The notes beneath the pieces are model-generated. The model saw nothing but the letters and a program-made list of their open reading frames with translations. It was not told where the DNA came from and ran no database searches. A DNA stretch of 50,310 bases, from NCBI GenBank assembly GCA_046540335.1, contig JBKHFH010000004.1, positions 1-50,310 of the forward strand. The letters run 5' to 3'. Made by a program: the position numbers and the translations under genes. Of this stretch, positions 30,918-41,434 are shown in pieces; within the stretch, counting starts at the first letter, position 1; every line of letters begins with the position of its first letter. Origin of the DNA: Thermoplasmata archaeon. GTDB taxonomy: Archaea > Thermoplasmatota > Thermoplasmata > Halarchaeoplasmatales > Halarchaeoplasmataceae.

Positions 30918-32582
30918 TTACTCACCATCATAACTAAATTCTTCCTTCTTATCTTCATTTAGTCTTTCATTCACCTGCTCCAGGACAGCCTCTTTATCCC
31001 TGTAATAAGAGGATATTATGTGAGCGAAATCTTTGTAATTGAATATCTCTTCCTTCTCTAGATAATCTAGGACCTTCTTTCTCCTTTTGACCTCTTTTTC
31101 CATCTGCCTTTGTGTCCAGCTCTTCGATTGTGCTACCTTCTCGTAGATATAACTGTGACCGCTATAATTATATGAATCATCTGCGGGATTCCAGGTATAA
31201 GCCTTGTTGGTTATCAATTCTTCAGTTTCTGGATCGACGCCGACTATCTCCGTTATGTTCTTTATCCTCCTAACCATCTTTGTACCTACCTTGACCTTCG
31301 CCTGCATCACAACGATGTCGAGCGCGCCTACAAGGGCCCTGGGTAGATTTATCGGATCGTTCTCCATCCTGTTGACCATGGTTTGAACGTCCTCAGAATG
31401 GAAGGTGGTGTAAGCACTCTTCCCGGTAGCCATAGCCTGGAACACAACATAGGCCTCTTCACCTCTTACCTCACCGACCATCATGTATTGAGGGCGCTGT
31501 CTTAGAGCCGCCTGAAGGAGCTGGTACATGTCAATCTCACCAGCCCTCCTGCCGGTCTCTTCATCTCTCTCACCGAAGCCACTCCTAGTCAGAAGTGGGA
31601 CCCAATTTTCATGAGGCAAGTTCAACTCCCTGGTATCTTCTATACTCACGATCTTGTCCTGAGGAGGTATGAATAACAGTATGGCGTTTAAAGTAGTCGT
31701 CTTACCCGACGCTGTACCACCGCAAATAAGCATCGACTGCCCGTTTTCTATCGCGATCCAAGCATATGCCATCATCTCAGGATTGAACGTTTTGAATTTT
31801 ATGAGGTTTATAGGGGTATAGGGCTCTTCTTCAAAACGCCTGATGGTAAAAGACGAACCTTTCTGAGTGATGTGAGTCCCTAGGGTTTCCTGAAGACGGG
31901 AACCGTCGGGCATAGTAGCGTCTAACATCGGATCAGCAACCGATATATGCTTACCACTCCTCTGAGCCAACCATATGACGTAGTTATCCAACTCATCAGC
32001 ATCATCAAACTTCACGTTTGATTTCATAGACCCATATTTTCTATGGAACACGTAAATGGGTATGTTCACGCCATCGCAGGATATATCCTCAGGATCCGGA
32101 TCATTCATCATCACGTCTATCGATCCAAAACCGAGAAAATCACGTCTAACATAGTACATCACTCGTTCTCTTGAGGTGGGTTTTAATTCTACATCAAGAT
32201 CATTCAGTATGTTCCTCACTTTATGTTCTAGATATTCTCTCTTTTCCTCTTCAGTCTCTAAATCGATAAGCTCTACCCTGTCTATAAGACTGTCTTTGGC
32301 TATCCCCAATACCTCTTCTTCATCTTCAGTTAAAGGAGGTTCGATCACCTCATAAATATACTCGTTTGAAGTATTATCATATTTTATTCTTACATAAGTA
32401 TAAGGTTCATCGATAGCATTGGTTTCGATCTCCTTAACGTTCTCCTCTGCTATCTTGGGTATCGGTGTTATTTCTTCCGAATAATCAGGTCTACTCTCCT
32501 CGCTAGAAGGAAGTTTGACCTTTTTTGGGCCTTCTTGTGTAGTAAACACACCTTTTATTTTCTCTCCTATACTCATAGCCAT
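30918..32582 (-). CDS. Type II/IV secretion (PilB/FlaI/VirB11-like) ATPase, copy 2
   Basis: Walker A GGTASGKTT, IEDTRE, ALRQRPQYMMVGEVRG and FHSE motifs. Confidence 0.93.
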   Translation of the reverse strand: MAMSIGEKIKGVFTTQEGPKKVKLPSSEESRPDYSEEITPIPKIAEENVKEIETNAIDEPYTYVRIKYDNTSNEYIYEVIEPPLTEDEEEVLGIAKDSLIDRVELIDLETEEEKREYLEHKVRNILNDLDVELKPTSRERVMYYVRRDFLGFGSIDVMMNDPDPEDISCDGVNIPIYVFHRKYGSMKSNVKFDDADELDNYVIWLAQRSGKHISVADPMLDATMPDGSRLQETLGTHITQKGSSFTIRRFEEEPYTPINLIKFKTFNPEMMAYAWIAIENGQSMLICGGTASGKTTTLNAILLFIPPQDKIVSIEDTRELNLPHENWVPLLTRSGFGERDEETGRRAGEIDMYQLLQAALRQRPQYMMVGEVRGEEAYVVFQAMATGKSAYTTFHSEDVQTMVNRMENDPINLPRALVGALDIVVMQAKVKVGTKMVRRIKNITEIVGVDPETEELITNKAYTWNPADDSYNYSGHSYIYEKVAQSKSWTQRQMEKEVKRRKKVLDYLEKEEIFNYKDFAHIISSYYRDKEAVLEQVNERLNEDKKEEFSYDGE

Positions 32583-32591
32583 AAATATACC

Positions 32592-33515
32592 TCACACTAA
32601 TAGACCTATACCACCAAACAAAACCCTCAAACTCAAGAAGCCGATCAAAAGCAATATGAAACTGTGCTTCATGCCGTTTGTTATCTTACCGGTCTGTAGT
32701 ACACCTGCTACGAGGCCGTCGCCCAGGGCATGAGCGAAAACCGCTAGAGCGAATATATACCTGATAACGGGAATACTCTCTACATCGATATCTGCTACAT
32801 CAGTTTCCATCTCCACTCCTTCAGCCCCAGCTTCGAGCTGGGCTCCAGCCTGTTCCATCTGAGCCAAAAATTGTGTATTCAATATTATCACGACAACGAT
32901 GAATACCGCAAAAGAGATGTAAATAACAGCGAGATAAGAGGTCATAGCTATCTTCTGTTCGTCCTCAGATGTATGTACCTCCTTAGCATCCTGTGAGACC
33001 ATATTCAAAACATCTGCGACATTACCCCCAGCCTCGTTCGCCTTGGTGATGATGGCTACAACCCTATTTACGAGATCAGTGTCAACTCTTTCAGAGAACA
33101 ATTTCAGAGCCTTGTTAGCAGGTACGCCCCACTTTATCTGAGCGGCCATTTTCTTGATCTCAGGGGTCAATGCTCCGTATCGACCTCGAGCAGAGACGAT
33201 GATAGCATCTGAGAGTGTCATACCAAAACGTCCGGCTTCAGATACGTCCCTAAGAAAGTCTGGGAGTCTCCTTTCTATCTTTTCGATCTGTTTTTGTTTG
33301 TGACTTACATAAAATCCAAAAGGACCAAAAAGGACCATAGCCGCAATCATAGCCCAATCCAAAGGCGCTAATGGAACCCATCCAACGCCGAGTATACCAA
33401 GTATCGCAATAAAACCCAGTATTGCAGTTACCATCCCTGATATTATCAGTACCTCTTTTGCATATCCTAAGGATAGGACCCTTTTGAGCGAACTTTTTCT
33501 TTCTTCTCCTGCCAT
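32592..33515 (-). CDS. Type II secretion system F domain (TadC/PilC-like) membrane platform protein
   Basis: LPDFLRDVSEAGRFGMTL, YGALTPEI and EAGGNV motifs with multiple TM helices. Confidence 0.88.
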   Translation of the reverse strand: MAGEERKSSLKRVLSLGYAKEVLIISGMVTAILGFIAILGILGVGWVPLAPLDWAMIAAMVLFGPFGFYVSHKQKQIEKIERRLPDFLRDVSEAGRFGMTLSDAIIVSARGRYGALTPEIKKMAAQIKWGVPANKALKLFSERVDTDLVNRVVAIITKANEAGGNVADVLNMVSQDAKEVHTSEDEQKIAMTSYLAVIYISFAVFIVVVIILNTQFLAQMEQAGAQLEAGAEGVEMETDVADIDVESIPVIRYIFALAVFAHALGDGLVAGVLQTGKITNGMKHSFILLLIGFLSLRVLFGGIGLLV

Positions 33516-33522
33516 GCTATCA

Positions 33523-34542
33523 TCAATCCTGATTTACGAGCCAAATTATGAATATGAAGCCTGCCTGCGATCCGGGTATCATAAGGCCTACAACCGCGTA
33601 TAAGAACGGTATTATGTTTCCGGCACCTAATCCTTCCATGATCGACATTATAGCCATTATAACGATCAGAAAAAGAGGGAAAGCAACGACAACAGTAACA
33701 AAAGATTCTGCAAGCATGCCCAAAGTTTCCATATTCTGCTGCACTTGGAGCTTTCTTTCCTCTTGATATTCTTCCAATTTACTTTTGAAGTACGGTTTCA
33801 ACTGTCCTCCTGATGTGGAAGTAGTGACCACGCCCTGAAGAAATTCTCTGAAATTGTCGGAAGGACATCTGTCCGAAGCTTTGTCTAGAGCATTCAAGAT
33901 GTCCATACCGAGTATCTCTGTATCCCTAGTGATCCATTTCGCCTCTTCGCTGACCTCACCGTAAAGAGGTTGTTTAGCTAGTTCTTTAAATATCATATCT
34001 ATGTTTATATTCGCAGAAGCCATGGAGGCGATGAAACTCATTGCGGCGGCCAACTTGTCATCTATCTTTTTACCCCGCCTGTTAGCCTTGCTGGCAGGTT
34101 GATACCTCAAAACAAAATAGGCTAAAATAGGAGTCAATACACCCACGGCAGCGCCTATCACATAACCCATTGTTCCCAAAACCTGAGACAATATCATCCC
34201 TATGAACAGTGCACCGACTAGACCTCCCATCGCAGCCAAGATAGTACTCATCCAAACATAGGCGATGTATTCCTCTACTCTTATCTTCATATGGGCTTGG
34301 AGCAAATTCTGCTCCAGTTCTTCATCTTCTACATCTCTTCTTTCAACAATAGGCCCCATCAATTCCCAGCAGAACTTCTGGTATCTGCTCATCGTCAGAT
34401 ATTCAGGGACCGTTGACTTCGGTAGCCTTTTCACATGAGGGCCGTATCTTTCTATCTCTTCACCGGATTCCGCTCTTTTAGATGACAAGAAAGAACTGTC
34501 ACTGAACTCAAACCCGCTGAAGGCATCTTTTAACTTCGACAT
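33523..34542 (-). CDS. Type II secretion system F domain (TadB/TadC-like) membrane platform protein
   Basis: NLLQAHMKI, YGEVSEE, PSDNFREFLQGVV and ETLGMLAESFV motifs with TM helices. Confidence 0.88.
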   Translation of the reverse strand: MSKLKDAFSGFEFSDSSFLSSKRAESGEEIERYGPHVKRLPKSTVPEYLTMSRYQKFCWELMGPIVERRDVEDEELEQNLLQAHMKIRVEEYIAYVWMSTILAAMGGLVGALFIGMILSQVLGTMGYVIGAAVGVLTPILAYFVLRYQPASKANRRGKKIDDKLAAAMSFIASMASANINIDMIFKELAKQPLYGEVSEEAKWITRDTEILGMDILNALDKASDRCPSDNFREFLQGVVTTSTSGGQLKPYFKSKLEEYQEERKLQVQQNMETLGMLAESFVTVVVAFPLFLIVIMAIMSIMEGLGAGNIIPFLYAVVGLMIPGSQAGFIFIIWLVNQD

Positions 34543-36258
34543 CTATGCATCCCTCCTTTCTCTTATCTTGGCCAGGGTCTCTTCAGGTTCCTTATAATAT
34601 GATGCGACAATCTTCGATATATCCTTATAATGCACCATATCTTCCTCGACCATGTATTCTATTATCTCCACTCTGTTCTCGAACTCCTCGTCCATCTCTT
34701 CCTGTGTCCAATTTTTGGCGGTCATGATCTCATCAAAATTGTAACTATGACCCTGGTAGTCATAACTATCTGTAGACCTATCCCACTCAAATACAGTATT
34801 GGTTATCAGTTCATCGCTTTCTGGCTCGAATGCAACTATCTCGGTTATCTCCTGTATCCTCCTTACTCTTTCATCATCCACCATAGCAAATTTCTGTATG
34901 ATCACAAATCTTAAGGCGGTCAGTAAGACTCTAGGACAGTTGATCGGAGGGTTTTCGAGCCTATGGACCATGGACTGTACAGAATCTGCGTGCATCGTAC
35001 TGTAAGTAACGTGGCCTGTCGCCATCGCCTGGAACATATCATGAGCTTCTTCGCCCCTGACCTCACCCACGATTATATAATCCGGTCTCTGTCGGAGAGC
35101 GTTCCTTACAAGGTCGTACATGTCGACTTCCCCGGGATCCTTACCTTTACCTTCACTTATCGTCATCCCTGCTCTAGTCGTGCTGGGTATCCAGTTCTCA
35201 TGGGGGAGATTTATCTCTCTAGTATCTTCAAGAGAGACTATCTTCAGTCCAGGGGGGATGAAAAGGGTCATAGAATTCAGAGTCGCTGTTTTCCCGCAAG
35301 CAGTTCCGCCGGCGACGATAGATGACTTCTCATTCTCCACCATCAGCCATAGATAAGCTATCATCTCTGGATTGGCCGTATTGTACTTTATGAGCTTTAC
35401 AGGTGTGAAGGGTTCTTTTTTGAAACGCCTGACAGTGATCGACGACCCTCTAGTTGATACTTCTTTTGCATATGTGGCCTGCACTCTATGACCTTCCGGG
35501 GTCGTTCCGTCAAGGATCGGGTTGGAAACAGAGACCTGCTTTCCACACCGCTGTCCTAGCTGAATGATATAGGAATTAAGTCTGTCCTCATCGGCAAATC
35601 TTACGTCAGTCCTTATGGACTCATAAGTCGAATGATAAATAAAAACTGGAATGTCAATTCCATCACAAGATATATCTTCTACATTCTCATCACTCATCAA
35701 GACATCTAGCGGCCCAAATCTGACATAATCTCTGATTATGTAATACATGATCCTCTGTTTAGACCTCTCTCCCAGATTGAGATTTCTACTCTCGATATAG
35801 CTCTTTACTGCCTCACGGATAAAAGATTCTTTATCCTTTTTTTCCATGATCTTCCATTCATATGATAGTGTTCTATCTAATGTATCTTTTATCCTATCTA
35901 GCATCTTTACTTCTTTTTCTGTCAAGCTAGGTTCTATGGCCTGATAGATGTACTCCTTATCATCGTCATCATATATTATACGCGCGTAACTGAAGGGTTC
36001 TCTCACTGGTATCAGTTCAACTGCCTCCCGCGATTCTTTATCTATAGGAGGTAAATTAGTATATTCAGAGGGAGCGTCTTTTCTATCCTTCGTTCTTTGA
36101 TCCATTTGCGTTTTAGGGACTTTTACTCTTTTAGGCTCTCTAGAATCGAAGATTGAGAGGAAAAAAAGCGATAGCATCTGTAAAAGTGAATACTTGATTT
36201 TAACGATTTCTTTATCCATTAAATATCCCTTCTTCTGATTTGCATTACCTTTTTCCAT
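34543..36258 (-). CDS. Type II/IV secretion ATPase, copy 1 (true start uncertain, possibly ATG 36177)
   Basis: Walker A GGTACGKT, LEDTRE, ALRQRPDYIIVGEVRG and TMHAD motifs. Confidence 0.92.
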   Translation of the reverse strand: MEKGNANQKKGYLMDKEIVKIKYSLLQMLSLFFLSIFDSREPKRVKVPKTQMDQRTKDRKDAPSEYTNLPPIDKESREAVELIPVREPFSYARIIYDDDDKEYIYQAIEPSLTEKEVKMLDRIKDTLDRTLSYEWKIMEKKDKESFIREAVKSYIESRNLNLGERSKQRIMYYIIRDYVRFGPLDVLMSDENVEDISCDGIDIPVFIYHSTYESIRTDVRFADEDRLNSYIIQLGQRCGKQVSVSNPILDGTTPEGHRVQATYAKEVSTRGSSITVRRFKKEPFTPVKLIKYNTANPEMIAYLWLMVENEKSSIVAGGTACGKTATLNSMTLFIPPGLKIVSLEDTREINLPHENWIPSTTRAGMTISEGKGKDPGEVDMYDLVRNALRQRPDYIIVGEVRGEEAHDMFQAMATGHVTYSTMHADSVQSMVHRLENPPINCPRVLLTALRFVIIQKFAMVDDERVRRIQEITEIVAFEPESDELITNTVFEWDRSTDSYDYQGHSYNFDEIMTAKNWTQEEMDEEFENRVEIIEYMVEEDMVHYKDISKIVASYYKEPEETLAKIRERRDA

Positions 36259-36357
36259 CTAAACGCTGCTTAAAGTAATTTTTCCTAGTTTTTTAATATC
36301 ACTTCTCGAAGCTAGGAAAGAAATCCCATTATCCCGATAAGTAATTTCACTAATTAT

Positions 36358-36582
36358 TCAATCCCAACTGAGTCTTTTAGCTCTTCTCTCTTCTTCCGTA
36401 GCTTTCTTGTACTCCTTGTAATGATCTTTACAGAGGTAAGCATTTCTCCCAGAAGCATCGATGTCGAGATCAGTCTTTTTCCTGACCTTCTTTTTAGAAA
36501 CGGATTTCTTCTTATCATCATCACAGCCTTTCACATCGCAGGTCTTCTCCTTTTTCCTTTTGCTCTTCCTTTTATGCTTCAT
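36358..36582 (-). CDS. Small basic Cys/His (putative zinc-binding) conserved hypothetical protein
   Basis: CDVKGC...AYLCKDHY pattern and very Lys-rich; standalone ORF in an intergenic gap. Confidence 0.7.
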   Translation of the reverse strand: MKHKRKSKRKKEKTCDVKGCDDDKKKSVSKKKVRKKTDLDIDASGRNAYLCKDHYKEYKKATEEERRAKRLSWD

Positions 36583-36752
36583 ATTAGCAAATAATCGTTA
36601 TTGATATTTGTATATTGCCATTTACCCTAAGTGTCTTCAATCCATCCATTCAAAAGTGGTATTTTCATTAGTTGTAGGTACAAATTTCAAGATGGAATGA
36701 TCTAAAGCTTCAACAAACTTCACTTAAAAAAATATTTATAGGGGGTATCCTC

Positions 36753-39704
36753 ATGAAACCTCCAATCTCTGACATAAGTAAGGAGGAACTATACATGAAA
36801 TCTGGAAAATTGAACAAGATGGCCACCACCCTGGCAGTACTGTTCCTAGTCATATCAGGGTTAATGGTGGTCCAATGGAACGCCCAGCCCGCAGAAGCGA
36901 GCGAACATGAGGACTATACGTATACTATAGAAGGATTCCTTGATACCGATGATGTCGTAATAGAATCCAATCTAGAAATCAAACTAAAAAGTCTATCTAC
37001 CGGTGAAGTCAGGAATGAACACACCTCCGAATACTTTTATGAGTTTACTGAAGTTGAACCTGGTTGGTATGAGATCATAGTCCCTTCTCAAGTTAAAGAC
37101 GGAGTCGCCTACATGAGGAACACCACCGAACCCTTTGAAGTTCCTGATCAGGGCGAGGGAATTCCGAACAAGATCAATATTGGTGCTACTGAAGACACCG
37201 ATACATTGGAAGGCCAGGTCACCGACGTAGAGGAAAATTCGATAGAGGATGCGACCGTTACCCTCAAAACGGAAGATTTTGAACATTCGGTCAACACTGA
37301 AACAAAGACAGAGAACAATGAAACAATAAGTCATTACAGTATAGAAGTTTACAATGGTTTCGATGGAACACTGATGATCGAGAAAGACGGATACGCTCCT
37401 GATATTAACACTAATTTTACTTTCCAAGACCAAGGGTATTACAATGTAACTCTGACCAAAAGACCCATGATCGAAGGTAATCTAGTTGATCAAAGTGGTA
37501 GTGGGATAAGAGAAGAGATGGACATAACGGTCTACAACGAATCAACAGGGATACTTCACACTACCAAGAGTGGACCTACATTTAGGATCAGGGCTGCAAA
37601 GAATTATACTTACACGCTCGTTGTCAGTGCTCCAGGATACGAGCCCCTTGTCAGACAATCAGAGGGCCCTCTCGGAGAGAACGAAAGAAGGTTCATAGGA
37701 ACTCATTCGGTGAGTGAATCAAAGCCCGAAGAATTCCAAACGGGGATCGACTTTAATTCAGGCGAAGACTTGAACGAGATGGAAGTTACCACATCTCGTC
37801 AACTAAGAAACAATACTAGGATCGAGACTTTAGATAATGATTATCTGGGACATCTCAGCATGCAGATAGACCATGCTCTGGGGGAGAACAATATAGAAGA
37901 ATTCAAGAGAAGGCTCGATTATACAAAAGACATCCAGTACACTCCCAACTTTATCATGGTCAATGATACGGTTTACGAACTTGAGGATTACGATTCAAAG
38001 TTTAGTGATGGTCTAGAGGCAAACCTCACTAGAGATGCAACCGACCTATTCGAAGGGACGCTATATTTCAACACAACGAGAACCTACACTGCAGTAGACG
38101 ACATAGATGAAGCTAGACATATAATTGATCTCGAAGTCGAGAACAACAGAACCTACGGGAATTTCAGAGATAAGAGTTATACGGTGGATTTAACTGACGA
38201 TTATGAAAGATATATGGGTCCGGGAACCGAAGAGGTAATACCGGAAAATGTAGATGTCAATGGTTACACCGAACTTGATATCTCCCCAGGGGAAAACGAC
38301 CTCACTTCTGACTTAAAGCTAGATATAAGACAATCCGAGGAAGGTGAAGTCAACTTAGGAATAAACAACTCTAGTGAACCTACTATAGAGGAAATAGAAG
38401 AAGGAGGAGAATACGTTGTCAAAGATGGTACCGAGGTTGTATTCGAGGCTGAACATCAGAATGATGTGAGCCAAGCCATACACTACGATTGGGACCTACC
38501 AGTAGAGTATGACGGTGATGAAGATCCCTGGATGAGAACGATCACATTTGAAAAGGGAGACTCGGGAGACCATACCGTTTCAGTAAATGTCACAGAAAGC
38601 AGTGGCAACTACGTGGAAGATGAAATAGATATAACTGTAGATGTCGATGGACCGGACGGCCCCATCCTCGTTGATGATAAGGAATATTCCGACGATGATA
38701 CTTTAAATGTCAACGAAAGCGAAGAAATTGATTTCAGCGGTTCACAGATAACCGATGATGCAACGGATTCAGTCGCACTCTACAGATGGAACTTTACCGA
38801 CGGAAGCCAGATCCAGGAAGGCATGAACATAACCCATGAGTTCGAAACACCTGGTGAGTATGACGTGACCCTTAATGTTACTGATGCTGTAGAAAACACG
38901 AATGAAATCAAATTGCACTTTGAAGTGGCGGACACCACCAAACCAGTCGGAAATTTCACCATCGAATGGGATGATCAAGTGAGCCAAGAATCTCTTGTTA
39001 ATATAGTCAAAGGCACCAATGTGACTTTCAACGCCACGGATATAGAGGCACATCCTGATTACGAGGGAGAGATTGAAGGATACAACTGGACTCTTAGAGA
39101 TGAAGATGATGAGGTCATCGAAGAGAACGAAGAGGTTATTTGGACATACAGTGATTTCACGGAATCAGGTGAGTACACCATTCGGTTGAATGTTACAGAT
39201 CAATCTGGAAACTTCAAAGAAGAGACGAAAACGTTGGTAATAGAGAGAGGACCGGTACCTGATCTGTTGGCCTCGGACCTCAGATTCTCCGCTGATAATC
39301 CACGAGTCGGCGATACCGTAACGATCAGCGTCAACGTGTCAAATGTCGGTGATGTCAACGCGACAAATATTGATTCTAGCCTCACTATCAACAATGACTC
39401 GCTAGTAGAGTTCGATCAAACTTTCTACAAAGACGGTGAAGAATTGAATAGAACGATGATAAAACCTGGAGAAACGGTAACTATCGAGATCGGATGGGAA
39501 CCAGAAGAAGACGGTGATAACGATGTGGCAGTTAACATCACAGATGCCGAGGAACCTGATGATCTTCGGTTTGACAACGAGATGGAAGAAACAATAGATG
39601 TGAGACAAGCAGTCTGGAGAGAGTACCTAGTCTATGCTTTGATACCGATAATAATAATCGGTGTTGCAGTAGGACTCTACATGTTCAAGGACAGACTTAG
39701 ATAA
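36753..39704 (+). CDS. Large membrane-anchored surface protein with PKD and CARDB domains
   Basis: Signal peptide ending AQPAEA, PKD (YRWNFTDG...THEFETPGEYDVTLNVTD), CARDB (PDLLASDLRFS...VSNVG) and C-terminal TM helix plus KDRLR. Confidence 0.85.
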   Translation: MKPPISDISKEELYMKSGKLNKMATTLAVLFLVISGLMVVQWNAQPAEASEHEDYTYTIEGFLDTDDVVIESNLEIKLKSLSTGEVRNEHTSEYFYEFTEVEPGWYEIIVPSQVKDGVAYMRNTTEPFEVPDQGEGIPNKINIGATEDTDTLEGQVTDVEENSIEDATVTLKTEDFEHSVNTETKTENNETISHYSIEVYNGFDGTLMIEKDGYAPDINTNFTFQDQGYYNVTLTKRPMIEGNLVDQSGSGIREEMDITVYNESTGILHTTKSGPTFRIRAAKNYTYTLVVSAPGYEPLVRQSEGPLGENERRFIGTHSVSESKPEEFQTGIDFNSGEDLNEMEVTTSRQLRNNTRIETLDNDYLGHLSMQIDHALGENNIEEFKRRLDYTKDIQYTPNFIMVNDTVYELEDYDSKFSDGLEANLTRDATDLFEGTLYFNTTRTYTAVDDIDEARHIIDLEVENNRTYGNFRDKSYTVDLTDDYERYMGPGTEEVIPENVDVNGYTELDISPGENDLTSDLKLDIRQSEEGEVNLGINNSSEPTIEEIEEGGEYVVKDGTEVVFEAEHQNDVSQAIHYDWDLPVEYDGDEDPWMRTITFEKGDSGDHTVSVNVTESSGNYVEDEIDITVDVDGPDGPILVDDKEYSDDDTLNVNESEEIDFSGSQITDDATDSVALYRWNFTDGSQIQEGMNITHEFETPGEYDVTLNVTDAVENTNEIKLHFEVADTTKPVGNFTIEWDDQVSQESLVNIVKGTNVTFNATDIEAHPDYEGEIEGYNWTLRDEDDEVIEENEEVIWTYSDFTESGEYTIRLNVTDQSGNFKEETKTLVIERGPVPDLLASDLRFSADNPRVGDTVTISVNVSNVGDVNATNIDSSLTINNDSLVEFDQTFYKDGEELNRTMIKPGETVTIEIGWEPEEDGDNDVAVNITDAEEPDDLRFDNEMEETIDVRQAVWREYLVYALIPIIIIGVAVGLYMFKDRLR

Positions 39705-39736
39705 AAACAAAAACACAGAAACCCTTTTTTTTCCTT

Positions 39737-41425
39737 TTACATCTTTTTTGGTTTTTCCATGCCTAATGAGTCTAGAACAGAAGACATCGCACAAGAGAAA
39801 CTTTTGACCATCGACAGTCTCAGTTCCTTTTTATCGCTGTCTAGCACGGGATAGTCTCTATAGAACTGATTGAATTCGGCAGCGAGTTCATGAGCATATT
39901 CGGCGATCCTATGTGGAGCGTTATTTCCGGACGCTTCGTGAAATGACAGAGGAAGTTCAGCTATCTTCTTCAATAAACGTAATTCACCGTCTTCCAAGTC
40001 CTGCCTCTTTATTTTTAGATCATCCGTCTCAATCCGTGAATCTGCTTTCTCAAGAATACTTCTCGCTCTAGTGTAGCTGTACTGGATGAAAGGTGCGCTA
40101 TCCCCCTGAAAATTAAGTGCCTCCTCCCATCTAAAATCGATAGGTTTCTTGGGTTGAACTCTTATTATGTTGTACCGAACAGCACTGAGTCCTACTTTCT
40201 TCGAGATTTCCCTTACAGTTTCTTCTGAAAGATCGTCTCTCCTTTTCAGTATCTCTTTATCAGCTTTCTCTTCTGCAGTATCCATGAACTCATCTAATGT
40301 GACATAACTCCCCTTTCGGGTCGACATCTCGCCGCCCTCAAAAGTAACAAAAGAGTAGAAAACTATCTCAGGAGGATCGATACCCAAAGAGCTCAATACT
40401 GCTCTTATGAACTCGCCATGAGCCTTGTGGTCCTCACCCAATATATCTATCAATCTTTCGGCTCTCTCAGCTTTAGATAGATGATAAGCTACATCTCTCG
40501 CCGGATAAAGATTGGTACCATCTTCTCTAGTGATGAATATCTTATCATCATCGGATTCAAAATAGAGAGCCCCGTCTTCATCACCAGTCTCTTCTAGCTT
40601 CGATATTCTTTCGATGGCTTTTTTCACTGAACCATCCTCGATCAAGGTTGATTCATTTCTGAAGTTATCGAAATGTATATTTAACCTCTTCAAAGAAGTG
40701 GTGATCCCAGAAAGAACTTCTTCAGCATTTTCTTTCAGAGAAGAAAACACTTCTTCATCTCCTTTCTCCATGTCCCTTATTATGTTTCGTATCTCCTCTT
40801 CCAGCTCTTCATCCTTTTCGAGTAGCCGACTTGCCTGCTGATAATATCTGACCATCTTATGATCTACCTTATCTCTTTGAGGAAGAGATAACTGATCTTC
40901 TTCTAAATTTTTTAGACCCCAACTAAGTATCGCCATCTGACGCCCGATATCGTTCACATAATATTCACGTTCGACATCATAACCAACTTTGTCGTATATC
41001 CTAGCGAGAGTATCGCCTATGATCGGATTTCTAGCCCTCCCTACATGTAATGGGCCGTTAGGATTGGCACTTGTATGTTCGACTATCATCTTTTCTTCCT
41101 TCCGTGGAAGTGCCCCGTAATCATCTTCCTTCTCTATACAGGCTTTAATAGTCTCCTTTGCAATATACTCTTCATCGATACTAAAATTGAGATATGGGCC
41201 GCTGCGCCGTACTTCTCCTCTTTCCAACTCTATTTCAGAAGAAAGTTCATCCGCTATATTTTCTGGATCATCTTGAAGTATTGGGGATAAGGGATAACAT
41301 GGAAAGGCAAAATCACCCTTTTCCTTAGGAGGTCTTTCGATATCTATTTTATCTTCAGATATCTCAATGATACGGCTGATCTCCTGCTTTATTTCCTCTT
41401 TAAATTCCAGTATCGGATAAGTCAT
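39737..41425 (-). CDS. argS: Arginyl-tRNA synthetase
   Basis: EHTSANPNGPLHVGRAR, MSTRKG and APFIQYSYTR motifs. Confidence 0.96.
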   Translation of the reverse strand: MTYPILEFKEEIKQEISRIIEISEDKIDIERPPKEKGDFAFPCYPLSPILQDDPENIADELSSEIELERGEVRRSGPYLNFSIDEEYIAKETIKACIEKEDDYGALPRKEEKMIVEHTSANPNGPLHVGRARNPIIGDTLARIYDKVGYDVEREYYVNDIGRQMAILSWGLKNLEEDQLSLPQRDKVDHKMVRYYQQASRLLEKDEELEEEIRNIIRDMEKGDEEVFSSLKENAEEVLSGITTSLKRLNIHFDNFRNESTLIEDGSVKKAIERISKLEETGDEDGALYFESDDDKIFITREDGTNLYPARDVAYHLSKAERAERLIDILGEDHKAHGEFIRAVLSSLGIDPPEIVFYSFVTFEGGEMSTRKGSYVTLDEFMDTAEEKADKEILKRRDDLSEETVREISKKVGLSAVRYNIIRVQPKKPIDFRWEEALNFQGDSAPFIQYSYTRARSILEKADSRIETDDLKIKRQDLEDGELRLLKKIAELPLSFHEASGNNAPHRIAEYAHELAAEFNQFYRDYPVLDSDKKELRLSMVKSFSCAMSSVLDSLGMEKPKKM

Positions 41426-41434
41426 TTCAATTCC

